DNA of 64,000 nucleotides. It comes from Octopus vulgaris. Taxonomy: Eukaryota. The translations under genes were made by a program, and so were the position numbers. Shown in pieces: positions 12,546 to 25,713 of this stretch. The stretch lies in assembly GCA_951406725.2 (NCBI GenBank), contig OX597826.1, positions 5,890,001-5,954,000 on the forward strand, written 5' to 3'. The notes under the pieces were generated by a model, which saw nothing but the letters and a program-made list of their open reading frames with translations, did no database searches and was not told the origin of the DNA. How positions within the stretch are numbered: position 1 is the stretch's first letter; each line of letters begins with the position of its first letter.

Positions 12546-13450
12546 TATCTTTTTTCTTTTATCTTTTAATCTTTTAATAGTTTCTGTCATTAGACTGCTG
12601 CCATGCAGGGGCACTGCTCTCTCTCTCTATATATATATATATATATGTGTGTGTGTGCGTGTGTGTGCAGGTGAGTCTTTGTGATTACTCTTTGTGCCTC
12701 ACCAGATGACAAGCACAAAAACAAATGATTTGATTATCTTTATGTTTTAACAAAATAGCGGTTCAGCATAAATGAACGATGGAACAAGTACCAGACTTCA
12801 TATTTAAAATCGCGGGTAGGCTTGATCGGCCAACACATTCATGGTGGTAATCCTGCTCAATCATATTTTAATGACAACACAAGGAAAATACGAAATATGT
12901 GGAATTATGTGGAATTACTAATTTATCTACTACTTTATTTCAAAAATAGCACAATAAACACTGTCAGTCACTAACAGAATTAGAAATAGGAAAGCCAGTG
13001 GGATCAAAACGTGATTATTTCGACAAAACATTGAGATGAAATGTAGCTTATATATTCGCCCGAGTAAAAATGAAGTACAAAGTAAAACGAAAGGAAATTT
13101 TTAAATGTAAACGTAGAGATACGTAAATAATAATACACCATGATTATATTTCCAGCCGCCTACGTTTCATCATCCACGCATTTAAGATGGCGTCAGTTAT
13201 ATAATTTCCGTCTAATCGAAACGATTGCAAAATTTAACAAGGATTTAGAAGAGAATGCATTAAGTAAATGGAACTGTTTGTGGAAGAACTAATAAATAGT
13301 TATTTGTAGAGTCATATGTTAGCTAAGAGTTTACATGAGGCAAGACATTCAATGCTGTTGCTGTCAGAATCTCGCTCATTCATGTTTATCGCAAATTAAA
13401 CCATATGTATTTCTGTTTGTGTCTGCCACATTCTTTGGCTTTTGTTTCAG

Positions 13451-13492
13451 AAATCACTTGCGGGCGTATTATGAAGAAACCTATCTTATTGT
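13451..13492 (+). CDS. candidate exon C of an unknown gene
   Basis: acceptor TTCTTTGGCTTTTGTTTCAG, donor TGT|GTATGT, 42 nt, phase 1-1: EITCGRIMKKPILL. Confidence 0.3.
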
Positions 13493-13549
13493 GTATGTCC
13501 ATATATATATATATGCGAGTGCTCGTGTGTGTGTGTATATATGTATTTA

Positions 13550-13591
<42 letters not shown>

Positions 13592-13662
13592 CATATATGT
13601 ATATAGACAGATATATATATACATACATATATACACATACATACATACATACATACACACAC

Positions 13663-13720
<58 letters not shown>

Positions 13721-15005
13721 GTATGTATATATATATACACACACACGCAATCATCCTGTGTTTTTCTTTTTTAAGAGTAATAATGTGTGTCATATATGCT
13801 CAGCAACTTCATCTCTGTCCTCAATTACGATTAGATTACTTTAACCGAATTTCTATGTAAGATACAGAAAAGATGTTATTTTGATTCCCTAGATAAGATT
13901 TTGGATACTGCATTATTGCTAAATCTTGAAAATTCTGAGTAAGTTATGACGTTTAATGTTTGGAAAGTTAAGGATTTTTTAGTAATATCAGAAAATATAA
14001 CGAATTGGACTTGACTTAATTAATCTGTATATTTCATTTGAATGCCTGCTACGTTATTTAACCATAACGCAATAACTAAAAACGCGAAGCCACTTATGAG
14101 ACATTGATAGAGCATCAGAAAATGATCTTCAAAATATACCATAATTTTAGAGAAACATCTAATGGCTACATATATGATGCTTTTGCCTTTTCTAATAATT
14201 ATGCCAGAAATAATCTAGCGCTGAGGTTTAACTCAAACATAGGAAGAGTTTACCATATCTGGATTACGTATGTAATATTTTCAGTGGCATATCTTCTGCA
14301 TTTACCCTAATTTCAATACCAAAACAAATACATATTGAAAATGTAGATAATAGAAAATTTGATTCATAAATCCTATCCTAAAGTATGAAATTAGCGCAAC
14401 ACGCTCGTTTTATTATTTACAGAGAATGCCTGCCATTTAATAACAATAAGCTGAGGACAAATGAATCGCTCTTTAATTTAGACAACGAAGGCATAAATGA
14501 TACATTTCTGCTATGGTGGAATCTTGTGTATTTAGATAAAATTATTCGATCATTGTTTTAAATAGTTTCTACAAATTTTGAGTAAACGTATATACTATGT
14601 ATTTGTTTATCCTTATTTTCTTCGCATTATTCGTACACGTATGTAGTTGCTCTCTATATTTTTATAAACAATGGCCTGATCTGTGTTAAAACAGTTATGA
14701 TTATGGATCACAATGCAGATAACATTTTTTATCTCAAGACTGTGTGCCTCGTTTGCTGATTGTGTGGATGTGGCTAAGTATATGTAAAGTATATGTTATC
14801 GAAAAATAAGTAAACGTAGATGTTAATTTTCTGCATGTTTATTTTGTCTCTCTGTATATTGATTTTAACATCAACTAATTTTGAATGCGTAAATTCCTTT
14901 CAGTCAATAACTCCTTGCTGAGACGCATTAGAAATTTTTTTCGTGTTTCATGTATATCTAGTTAACACATAAATTGGTCTTAGCTTTTGTTTATTTTTTT
15001 CATAG

Positions 15006-15057
15006 CAGAGCCTTTTTCATCTATTTTGTCAAGAATCAATAGATCAAGAAGTTTACG
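15006..15057 (+). CDS. candidate exon D of an unknown gene
   Basis: acceptor TTTGTTTATTTTTTTCATAG, weak donor ACG|GTTGTG; SEPFSSILSRINRSRSLR. Confidence 0.25.
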
Positions 15058-15175
15058 GTTGTGTATAACCGCATCTATTTCTTTCCCACTAGACATTCTG
15101 TTTACTTTATATTCGATGTATCACGATCGACTACTGTTTATAGTTTGCATTCAGATTAACCTGCCATGTTTTCAG

Positions 15176-15197
15176 CGTCTGTGCAGTCACAGGTTAA
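15176..15197 (+). CDS. candidate terminal coding exon E
   Basis: acceptor ATTAAC..TGTTTTCAG after a 118 nt intron; VCAVTG* in phase 2. Confidence 0.2.
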
Positions 15198-15529
15198 CTA
15201 GCGGCCTTGGAAGATGATAATGATGTGGTTAATATGTGGACAATTCTTTCATTTTTATATATTTAAGATTCAAAACTTCCTTTGATTTATTTCATTCGCG
15301 CATGTCTTATATCACCTGATAATTTTTAATAAGTTTCGTCAAACACACACAGGAAAAAATGCCACACTTTTAAGACGCACCCCTGAACAATGTGTGTAGC
15401 ATGTTACCATCTCATGCTCAAACATACATGAAGAGACAACTGTGCGTGGGCGTATGTGTCTGTGGGTGCATTTGTGTCCGCGCGCTTCTTCGCTGATGTA
15501 TATACGAGTGAATAATACGAATAATAGAA

Positions 15530-15725
15530 AGGAAGCAGGGAATCGTAAGCACACCGAACAAAAAGGCTTTAGGGCATTTCGTTCATCTGTACGTTCTGAG
15601 TTCAATTTCTGCCGAGGTCAACTTTGCCTTTCATCCGTTTCGGGGTCGAAAGAATAAGTTCTATTCCAGCACTGATCGACTCACCTCTATCCTTCAAAAC
15701 TCATGGCTGGTGCCAACATTTGAAA
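15530..15725 (+). mobile_element. SINE family A copy
   Basis: GTTCTGAGTTCAATTTCTGCCGAGGTCAACTTTGCCTTTCATCC..GGGGTCGA. Confidence 0.8.
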
Positions 15726-17061
15726 GCAGCACAAATAACAGAAGTATAATCGTAAGAGCGGTGTATCAAGAACGAAATACCGTAAATAGTATCTTCTACG
15801 CTGAGTTATAAACACACTCATCTTTCTCCTGTCTTTAGAAATGGGATGAAGTGATTGGTCTGGTGGAAACTTGTAATCAACGAAGCTGTCTCTCACAATT
15901 TGCGATGTACAACATATATATATATATACACACACGAGTAGTATTATGAACAGGGAACGCTCTCAAAAAGTGCTTATTTACACATCCATAATATGTGTCT
16001 GACACCACAATGTACTTCTTAACATATTCAACAGACACAAGCACATATATTTTTTTAGGGCGTCAAAATAATAAAATAAACAGAAACATTGACCGTCTAC
16101 ACGAAGTCACAATCGCAAGTACATTTTTGCGCCCGAAGTATAGACGTTTGCTTATATATATCCTGATAACATATCTCACTCGTTCTTTTGAGTAGAGACA
16201 AAATGGAGATCTTCTTTATGAATTAGTAATGATGTACTTGTACTTTCGAACATCGTTTGCCTTTGCCCTTCCTAACACCTCCTCTCTCAATATATATGCT
16301 TACATATATATGTGTATATTATTGACACACACACATATATAAAGAGTGTAGGAAAAAGAGGGTAAGATAGACATGTATACACGCATAAACACATACACAC
16401 ACGCACAGACACACATGTATATATATAAATATATATATATATATGTACATGTTATGTTGTATCTTTGAGTGGATTTATATATTTTATATGTGCTTAATGT
16501 TATATTGCTACTTCACATGCGTGCGTGAAAACCTGTCTGAATGTAAGTGTTTCCCATACACATTACATTGAGATATAAACACCTCTTGATTGCTTGAGAC
16601 ATATAAAAAAAAGTATGACTGTCTGGGTTCAAAAAAATGAAGAACTCTATTAATAAATCAGTAATAAAAATGTCACACAAAAGCTAAACCCCGAATACAT
16701 GCCACATGTTATCTCTTTACGAATCCATAAACCTGTTGAAACTAATTTAAAACACATAACTCACACTTTTCTCTTTGGTTTGGTCTAACCTCTTCGTTCG
16801 TGCTTATTTTCTTTTAAAATTTCCTTCTTGATTCATTCTTTGATGTTTTTGGGGGTTTTTTGGTTTTCTTTGGCTGATATATATCTTTTTCAATCGTTTT
16901 CGATTATTTTTCTGTTTGAAATGTTCTTTGGTTGGATAGAGTCTGGTAGCAAATTCAGAGGGTATGTTTAGATTTCACATTCTGCCATATGCAACACAAA
17001 CGTTTAGGAACATTACCAAAATTCTTCTCAGGTGCGTACGTGCTTATGTATATTTGTATGT

Positions 17062-17118
<57 letters not shown>

Positions 17119-17124
17119 CACATA

Positions 17125-17355
17125 TGCACCCTTTTAAACTAGGCAGTCTCATGGGCCAGTTTCCCAGGTTCTATGGCGTATGTGTTCCCCAACTGGACGC
17201 CAGTCCATCGCAGCGTTACTCATTTTTGCCAGCTGAGTGAACTGGAGCAACGTGAAATGAAGTGTTTTGCTCAAGAATACAACGCGCCACCCGGACTAGG
17301 AATCGAAACCACATTCTTACGATCATGATGCCCTAACCACTAAGCCATGCGCCTC

Positions 17356-17357
<2 letters not shown>
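17125..17357 (-). mobile_element. SINE family C copy (tRNA head, CORE-like middle)
   Basis: minus strand GGAGGCGCATGGCTTAGTGGTTAGGG..GGTTTCGATTCC A/B boxes, TTGAGCAAAACACTTCATTTCACGTTGCTCCAG middle. Confidence 0.85.
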
Positions 17358-17413
<56 letters not shown>

Positions 17414-17491
17414 AACTTACATACATACAAACAAACATACATACATGCATACATACATACACATACATACATACATACATACATACATACA

Positions 17492-17522
<31 letters not shown>

Positions 17523-17529
17523 GGTATTT

Positions 17530-18620
17530 GAGTATAAGGCTTGAAAAAAATGCAGCAGGCGATTACGTTTCTGTATCTTCCTTCCTCATAAGTCTCTTGA
17601 ATCGGAATAATGTTGTTCTGTTCCGAGCGTTTTTTTTTTTTCGAGTACTGTCCTTTTGGAGATGGAGATCCTGGCAATGCTAATATATTTCTCATTTGTA
17701 CTGATTTATTAATCCTCTGTACGAACTCAGTGCTAACAAGCGTCATGTAATTTCATGAAGGATTATGTGAATACCTTTCGCAAATGCTAATGTTTAATTG
17801 CCATTATCATTCTCATTTTCCGCTATACTTCCTGGAATTTTCTTTAGGTTACATATGATCTTCTGCAAAAACAAGTATCTTTAAAATTCCCTCTCACAAA
17901 ATAACATATTTTAATGATCTTTACTAATCTACACAAATATATACATTTTTTTGCGTATGTTAAAGTATTTAAAGAATGTAAAAAAAAGGGTTTATTAAAA
18001 AATGATGCGTTGATCTACCAATATTAGTTACTGAATATAAGTTACTGAATTAATGGCATTTGGACTCTTTTATGTTCTGAGTTCAAATTCTGCCGAGGTC
18101 GAGTTTACCTTTCATCGGGGTCGATAAAATAACTACCAGTTGAATACTGGGGTCAATATAATCGGCATCCCCCCTCTCCCGATGTTGCTGGCATTGTGCC
18201 AAAATTTGAAACAAGTGTTAGTTACTGAATAAAAGTATTTTAATTCTTACGTCATGGTCGTATGAACGAACATTATCGTCTGCTTTTCTCATCAGTGAAG
18301 CACAATCTTCACCTTATTTGCAGAAGTGACTATGAAAAAGTAAAAGAATTTCAAATAATGTGCAAGAAGATACTTTGGACGCATCAGAAATGAATGTAGA
18401 ATAATTTAGATAGCATACAGTACATTGTATATCTCGGTTTGGCATTTTATGAAGGTACCCCAGACATTTGTACAAGAACGTTTGTCTTTCAACCTCAATT
18501 AGATGTCAATTGCAGACATCTTATGTATTCCTGTATACGCCTTGAGAATTTAGATATGTCGGATTCCATTTTGATTTCAAATAAATCATTCAGTTAAATT
18601 GGGGCTGTAATCTGTAATGG
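17530..18620 (-). pseudogene. heavily decayed CR1/L2-like LINE reverse transcriptase remnant
   Basis: ordered motif traces on the minus strand: YLN..KAY (LDFSKAFD-like, ~18550), SGVP (~18460), ADDN (~18275). Confidence 0.5.
18051..18217 (+). mobile_element. 5'-truncated SINE family A with ~14 bp target-site duplication
   Basis: TTAGTTACTGAATA at 18024-18037 and 18218-18231 flank the SINE body. Confidence 0.85.
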
Positions 18621-19981
18621 ATAGTTGGGAATGAATAATACTACACTCTTTTCAAATATATAGGTGTCTAGCTAGCTAACGCAGAAACTCTCTGATCACT
18701 GGCACTCCGAGTGGTAATCAGGCCAGTCTACTTCCATTCACGCTTAGAAAATGTCGTGCGTATTTGAATAAAACAATCTAGGATAAAAGGACGATCGTTG
18801 ATGCTTGAATGCATTTAAATTGATGCTGAAAGTAGCTTAATAAACTATGAATATCATCAATGTCCCTTCAGCAGCATGAAATCCCATTCCATAAAACGAT
18901 TTAGAATATCCATGATATCAGCAAGGATTGTCATTATTTTCTCTTCACTCACACACATATATGTGACGCTAACTGAAGAATAACACACAGTTCTTAATGG
19001 TGAACTAACATCAGGTGCCTAAACCAATATTTTCTAAATAAGCAATACTCCCAGAATTGAACATCCCTTGATGGAGAAATATAGGGGTTCATCATCCCAC
19101 ATGTTTCTGTCTTTACCTGTAAGGCCTTTTCACACCTGTGCGCCCACGACATCGCGAAAATCTCCCCATGTTGTTGCAAAACTAAAGCAAACTTGCGTAA
19201 ATTTTGTGCTTATATGACACACCAACAACAGGCGTAATATAGGAAATCCCAGATGTATCACTCTTCTTATCATTGTCAGCATCGGTGGCATCATCATCAT
19301 CATCATCATCGTCGTCGTCGTCGTCATGATGTAACATAATCACATCATACACATACACGCTCGATCACATACAAACACACACACACACGTACACATACTG
19401 GCACAAACACACATTCACACGGGACACAACAGCCCTAAGAGTTGCATCGAATATGTTCACAAAATCATCAGCAAGGAAATGGAACAACGCAGCAGTTTTT
19501 CCTCGAAGTATTATATTCAGTTAAGAAAAAGAAATAGCAATAATGTTGAGTAGACGAGAGATCAGATCTATCATGAATTGTATGAGTACCACCTGGGTAC
19601 CCATGTATCCACAAATAACTGTAGCACGCGATAGAAATAACAGCATTAGCATAAATATTCGTAGTTTACAGAGGATATGCGCAGATTGTCTATGCAAAGA
19701 AACAAAATAATGGTTTCTAACAAATGCACATGTTCTGGAGATAAGGGAATGAGTGAGTGGTGGATTACACCAACTGTAGTAATAAAATTCTGCCTTGTTT
19801 TATCGACACCGGGAAATTGGTTTGTAAACAACAATTTCAGGTACAGAAAGTAGATCGGTGCAAATCATTTCTCGCAGTCACATACCGGGTATATTAATCT
19901 ATCGACCTCACGACCCAAGTGTATCAATAACCTATGAGTACATACATATATAAATACATACATGCATGCATACATACATAC

Positions 19982-20081
<100 letters not shown>

Positions 20082-20339
20082 GTATATATGCGCATATATA
20101 CGCAGAGACACACGCACACATACACACACATATACATAGATATAAACATATACATATATGCATAGTCACACACATGCAAACACGTATATAGTACACAAAC
20201 ACACGCATATATATCCTTCATTCTATCCATCTATACATACATACATAGATACATACATACATAGATACATACATACATACATACATACATACATACATAC
20301 ATACGTATTTCTTTTGGTGTGCATATAAGAGAAAGTGTG

Positions 20340-20830
20340 TAAATTACAAAATAGAAATGATTCTCATAAAAGAATTCTGTTGTGTTAAACTCCCGAAACT
20401 GATATTTGGTAATAAATATATCGCTGTTTCTTATAGTTTCCATATTTTGGCATTTGCTTTTCTTTCACATATCTTTTCATAGACAAAATGTCTGCCAAAT
20501 CGCATTTTATTTTAACAGATGCCAAAGCAGACCACCAGTAGTATCATTGGATTACAAATATTACCATATATTATCTATTCTATAGGGACATTCGGCTTTG
20601 TTCTTATTCCACCGAGAGAATAGAAAAAAAACTCACAAATGTCTTTGTTTGAATTAGAAATTATTATACGTAAATACAATGTTTTTACTCTCTTCATTGT
20701 TTCTATATTCAGCAGTGATGGTCAGCCGTATTTTCATCGGTAATTCATTAGTTCTAACAATCACTCCAAATTTGTACTGCTAATTGGTTCAGTGCACTAC
20801 ATAGAACTCTTTATATGTCTATTGTATATC
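20340..20830 (+). repeat. diverged direct duplication, copy 1
   Basis: ATAGTTTCCATA..CATAG.CAAAATGTCTGC.AAA.CGCATTTT shared with 23330-23690. Confidence 0.75.
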
Positions 20831-21007
20831 TATGTGTCTATCTGTCTCATTCTCCCACTATCTATCCATCTATTTCCATACCTACCTACCTACCTACCTA
20901 CTACCTATTTTTCGTGGTTTGTGGTTTGACTGCCCTTTTTTAGCCTGTAAGAAGACCATTTATTTGTCTTCTCTCCGTGTATAAATTTTTATATACTCAT
21001 ATATATT

Positions 21008-21085
<78 letters not shown>

Positions 21086-21629
21086 TTTAAAAAAGGAAAA
21101 GAAAATGGAGATTACGAAGTTACATTTACATATATATATATATATGCATGTATATATATATATATATGATGAAAGCTTTATGGTAAAGAAACTCACAAAA
21201 TAATAGAAAAACACACATATGAAATCAGGGTTTCCTGGTTACAATATCAAATTTTCTATGCCATCTTTGAAACGGATCATGGGATACAATGATTCATGAT
21301 GTCCCTTTGTTTATGTAATTAGTATTTGATATAAACATATGTTATATATGTTGATAGAAACATATGTTCTTTACATGCTCGACAGACTACAACAGGGAAA
21401 TCTATTTTTCTTTATGAGTATATTGTACAATTGTACGCCTCTAGCGAAGGTAATTCAATAGTTGTTCATTGAAATATCATAATTTACTCCCTTTGTTATT
21501 GAAATGTTAAGGCAAGTGATGAAATGTGAAATGCGTTAGCATTTCACATAGTTTCAGAGATTAATAGAACCAGTTTTCATTTATGTTGCAAGGCAAATCA
21601 TGGGTTCAAATTTGAATTTAATACAGTTT

Positions 21630-21841
21630 CCTTTTCTATTTGTTTCAGACATTTGACTGCGATCATACTGGAGCGCCGCCTCGATGGGTTTAGCTGAACA
21701 ACAGACGCGAGTACTTATTTTTTAATGTCATTTATTTATTCTGTCGGTGTTTTGGCCGAACAGCAGTGTTACGGGCTCGTAAACAACCCAGTATCGGTTC
21801 GTAAGCGGTGATGAGGGACAGACGCTTGCACAAAGACAGAA

Positions 21842-21875
<34 letters not shown>
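21630..21875 (-). mobile_element. SINE family B, 3' half
   Basis: TTGTTTCAGACATTTGACTGCG..CTGGAGCGCCGCC..GGCCGAAC. Confidence 0.75.
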
Positions 21876-22429
21876 ACATATATTAATGATTAATGAGGGA
21901 GTCTGAAGATGGAAGATACGAGAATATTTATTAATCACTACAGCTGTTTCGATTCATCTAGCACATAACAAACATAGAAACACAGAATCTGCGATCTAGG
22001 AAAACATACGAGAAAGTCAACTCGTTACTCTAATTACACCAAACAAGTCAACGAATAAATTTAGTATATAAATAAACGACCTTACGTTTCTGACTGTCCA
22101 TTGTTCCGGGTATATTTACCTATTATACCTTTGCCCACGAATTGAATTTCATTGAATTCCCGATGGAGGCATAGATGAAATAGTAAGACTAGTTTGCAAA
22201 TCGCACATTATCCAATGTTGTAATTTCTTACTCATCTAACATTTATTTATAAACGACTTCTATTAGGAAATATAACACGTTTAATGTACATGCTCTACAT
22301 TTCACAACGACTGCTTTCACAACGGATGCACTCTGAAAAATGAACTTATATTAATACATACAACTATTGCTCTTCCGTTGATATTTCTTGACGTGTGCTA
22401 AAATTTTAAACCTTCATATATATTATAGT

Positions 22430-22570
22430 AAGGCGGCACCATTAGCGTCATTTTGTCTGCATTTACGTTATGAGTTCAAATGGCACCGAAGTAGACTTTG
22501 ATTTTCACGTTTTCAGAATCAATAAAATAAGTACCACTTGAATACTGGGGTCGATGTAATCGACTTATCC
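22430..22570 (+). mobile_element. SINE family A, degenerate
   Basis: GAGTTCAAAT..AAATAAGTACCAC..TACTGGGGTCGATGTAATCGACTTA. Confidence 0.75.
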
Positions 22571-22639
22571 ACTTCCTCGATATCTCTGGATGTGTACCAA
22601 ACCTCGAATCCAACATATACTGTCATTCTCTTCGCTTAC

Positions 22640-22689
<50 letters not shown>

Positions 22690-22708
22690 GTGTGTGTGTG
22701 TGTGTGTA

Positions 22709-22740
<32 letters not shown>

Positions 22741-22748
<8 letters not shown>

Positions 22749-22967
22749 CCAAACAAGAAAGCACAAAAAGACACAACGCGAGGACGTGGAACAAATATAG
22801 TATTATTGGACTCTCGGGAAAGAAGGGAAGAAGTAGGGTTTAACGTTTCGAGCGGAGCTCTTCGTCGGAAACATAGGAGAAGGAAAGATCCAGAGAAGGG
22901 AAGACAGAGGAAAAAAATCTCCAACGTTACACACGAGGTCACACACATGCGCATACAACACACATTC
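22741..22967 (-). mobile_element. Penelope pLTR-like fragment in (TA)n with a minimal hammerhead-like motif (22838-22872)
   Basis: minus strand GTTT-CCGACGA-A-GAGC(TCC)GCTC-GAAAC-GTT-AAAC; flanked by (TA)n. Confidence 0.6.
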
Positions 22968-23021
22968 ATATATATATATATATATAGCAGCAAAATTAAG
23001 GAACGGCCATAATAGGCCATT

Positions 23022-23059
<38 letters not shown>

Positions 23060-23329
23060 CAAACGTATATATGCATACATACATACATACATACATACAT
23101 ACATACATACATACATACATACATACATACATACATACATACATACATACACACATATATATATGCATGCGTTTTAGCATTGGCAAACAAGCGCATGTGA
23201 ATTGGAACATAATTGTGTCACTCTTTTTACGTATAAGTATATGTTTATATTCACATAAATCTGTTTATTTTACTAAGTATTTGTGCTTCTTTAAACAAGT
23301 GTTAAAATATGAACGTGTATGTGTTGGAG

Positions 23330-23690
23330 AAAAAAAAATTAGCAAAACCAAAAATTAAAAAAAAAATCTCATCACACAAAGCAATCCATTTGTGTCAAAA
23401 ATTTAATATCTCAAATTTGGTAGCATGATGTTATTTGCTAATATAGTTTCCATACTTTGGTGTTTGTTTTCCTTTGACATTTCTTCTCATAGTCAAAATG
23501 TCTGCGAAAGCGCATTTTCCATTTTCTACTGGGACAGTTGTCTTTGTTCTTGTTCCTTTGAGAAAAAAAAAATTACAAATGCTTCTGTTTACTTGAATAA
23601 GAAATTCTCAAATGTAAGTGGAATTTTTCTATGTTTCTTCCAGTTGGTTTTAATGACAACAAACTCTCCACATTCTATTGTATGTGTTTC
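23330..23690 (+). repeat. diverged direct duplication, copy 2
   Basis: see 20340-20830. Confidence 0.75.
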
Positions 23691-23915
23691 TTTAGATATT
23701 CAACGCTATTACAGGGTAATGTCTTTCTTAATTACAAGCTTCATCGCAGTCCGTCAAATTAATTCAAATCATATAAACATAAGATGACATACATTTTTCA
23801 AATTGCTTTCCTCACTTATGGACCTCAACACAATTTATTTGAAATTTGAAACTTTTAGTTCCTGAGAATGTTTAGCATTCCATAATTAGCTGCTTGAGAA
23901 TAACCTAACTTTTCT

Positions 23916-24081
<166 letters not shown>

Positions 24082-24170
24082 CAATTATCTCTCTAAGTGT
24101 TTATCTATCTCTGACCCCTTTATTCAAGAATATGTGTATTTAATTCATATATATATATATATATATGAAT

Positions 24171-24689
24171 TAAACAACAGGTTGTAGGGATCGCCACGTG
24201 GATAAATCATTTGGTAGGACAGAAAGAACAAAACATAATATGCGGGAAAATAGACGATAGCACGACAAACGGCAAAACAGGACAAACGCTATATACACGA
24301 CTCATCCGCAGCTGATTTCCTCATCAGTCGGAGTTCCCTGCAGCTTTACGTGTATATTTTTGGATTTCTCGCTTTTGTTTCTGTCCTTGTTTTCGTTCTT
24401 GTACACATTCGTTTGCCTTTTCCAAGAGGCTTATTGCTTTAAGCTTTCGTCTCTGGCAGCCCTCGGATTCGAGTAGTCTTGGAGATAAGGGACCGAAACT
24501 ACAAGGACCTCCCGGACTCCGACTGACGAGGAAAGCGGCCGCGAATGATCGATGTATCTTGTTTATGTCCTGTTTGTCGTGCTATCGACTATTCTTCTGC
24601 ATATTATGTGTTGTTAGTTTCCGTTTGTTGTGTTCTTTCTGTCCTACATTTGATTTATCCTTGCGGCGTTCCGTACAACCTGTTGTTTA
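24171..24689. mobile_element. foldback element with ~165-175 bp inverted arms (inverted Penelope pLTR-like or MITE)
   Basis: arm 24171-24334 (TAAACAACAGGTTGTA..TTTCCTCATCAGTCGGAGT) is the diverged reverse complement of 24516-24689. Confidence 0.85.
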
Positions 24690-25185
24690 CTTTGTTAAAA
24701 AAAATATCACCTGAATATTATGTACGACTTTCACCCTCTGTTCCTCGGTTTTCTCCCTTATTCCTTCCTTCTCTCTCTCTCTCTCTCTTCCCCTCCCCTC
24801 GTCCTTCAGTCCCACTTTCTCTGCCTCTCTTCCCCTCCCTCTCGTTCTTAAGTCCCTCTGATTCCTTTACCCTCTATCATATTCCTTAGTCCCTCTGCCC
24901 TTTTCATCTCCTCCCATCTCCTACCACGTGATCGCTGTCCGGATACGGTATTGCTATTTTTCGACCAGCCACCTTTCAGGTTGGTCACATTCCTCTGTCC
25001 CGTCGCCCGATCTGTTAAGATTTTCCACTTTTCCTTTGTGCCAGCTTACTTTGTTCGTCTGATAGACGAAATACTATTTTTGTTATTTATTTATCTTGTA
25101 AACGGAAAGGCGTTTACCAAATGTATATGTATGTCTTTTTCTGTTGTACTTGCATTTGTATTTCATAACGCTATATTCGCCCTAG

Positions 25186-25713
25186 CTGGCAGGGGTCATT
25201 GCCTACCCTTTGCAAATATAAGGACACAGAAAATGTGTCAAAGCCGACAGGAGACGTCGATGTTTCCTGACGGGACAGTCACATTGAGTTGATAGTATAC
25301 GACCACTATATCGCTCCACCACTCATGTCTCTCTGAGACATTTAGAAATTCAATATTTCTAATTTCAGTGATCAGTAAATAAATTTTACTGAAAATAGGA
25401 TATATTTGCGAAGAGGCTGCAGTCATCTCAGCGAGCGAGACCGACTACCCTGGACTGACGACGAGCAATAGATTTAGAAACATATGTCTTCAGGTGCTTA
25501 GTCCCATCTGGCGGGGGTGATTGCTTCCCCTTTGCAAATATAAGGACACAGAAAATGTGTCAAAGCCGACAGGAGACGTCGATGTTTCCTAGGGATAAAT
25601 GGCGGTGCTGTAATTCCCTTACGGGACTGTCACGTTGAGTTGACAGTATACAACCACTATATCGCTCCACCACCGCTCATGTCTCTCTGAGACGTTTAGA
25701 AATTCAATATTTC

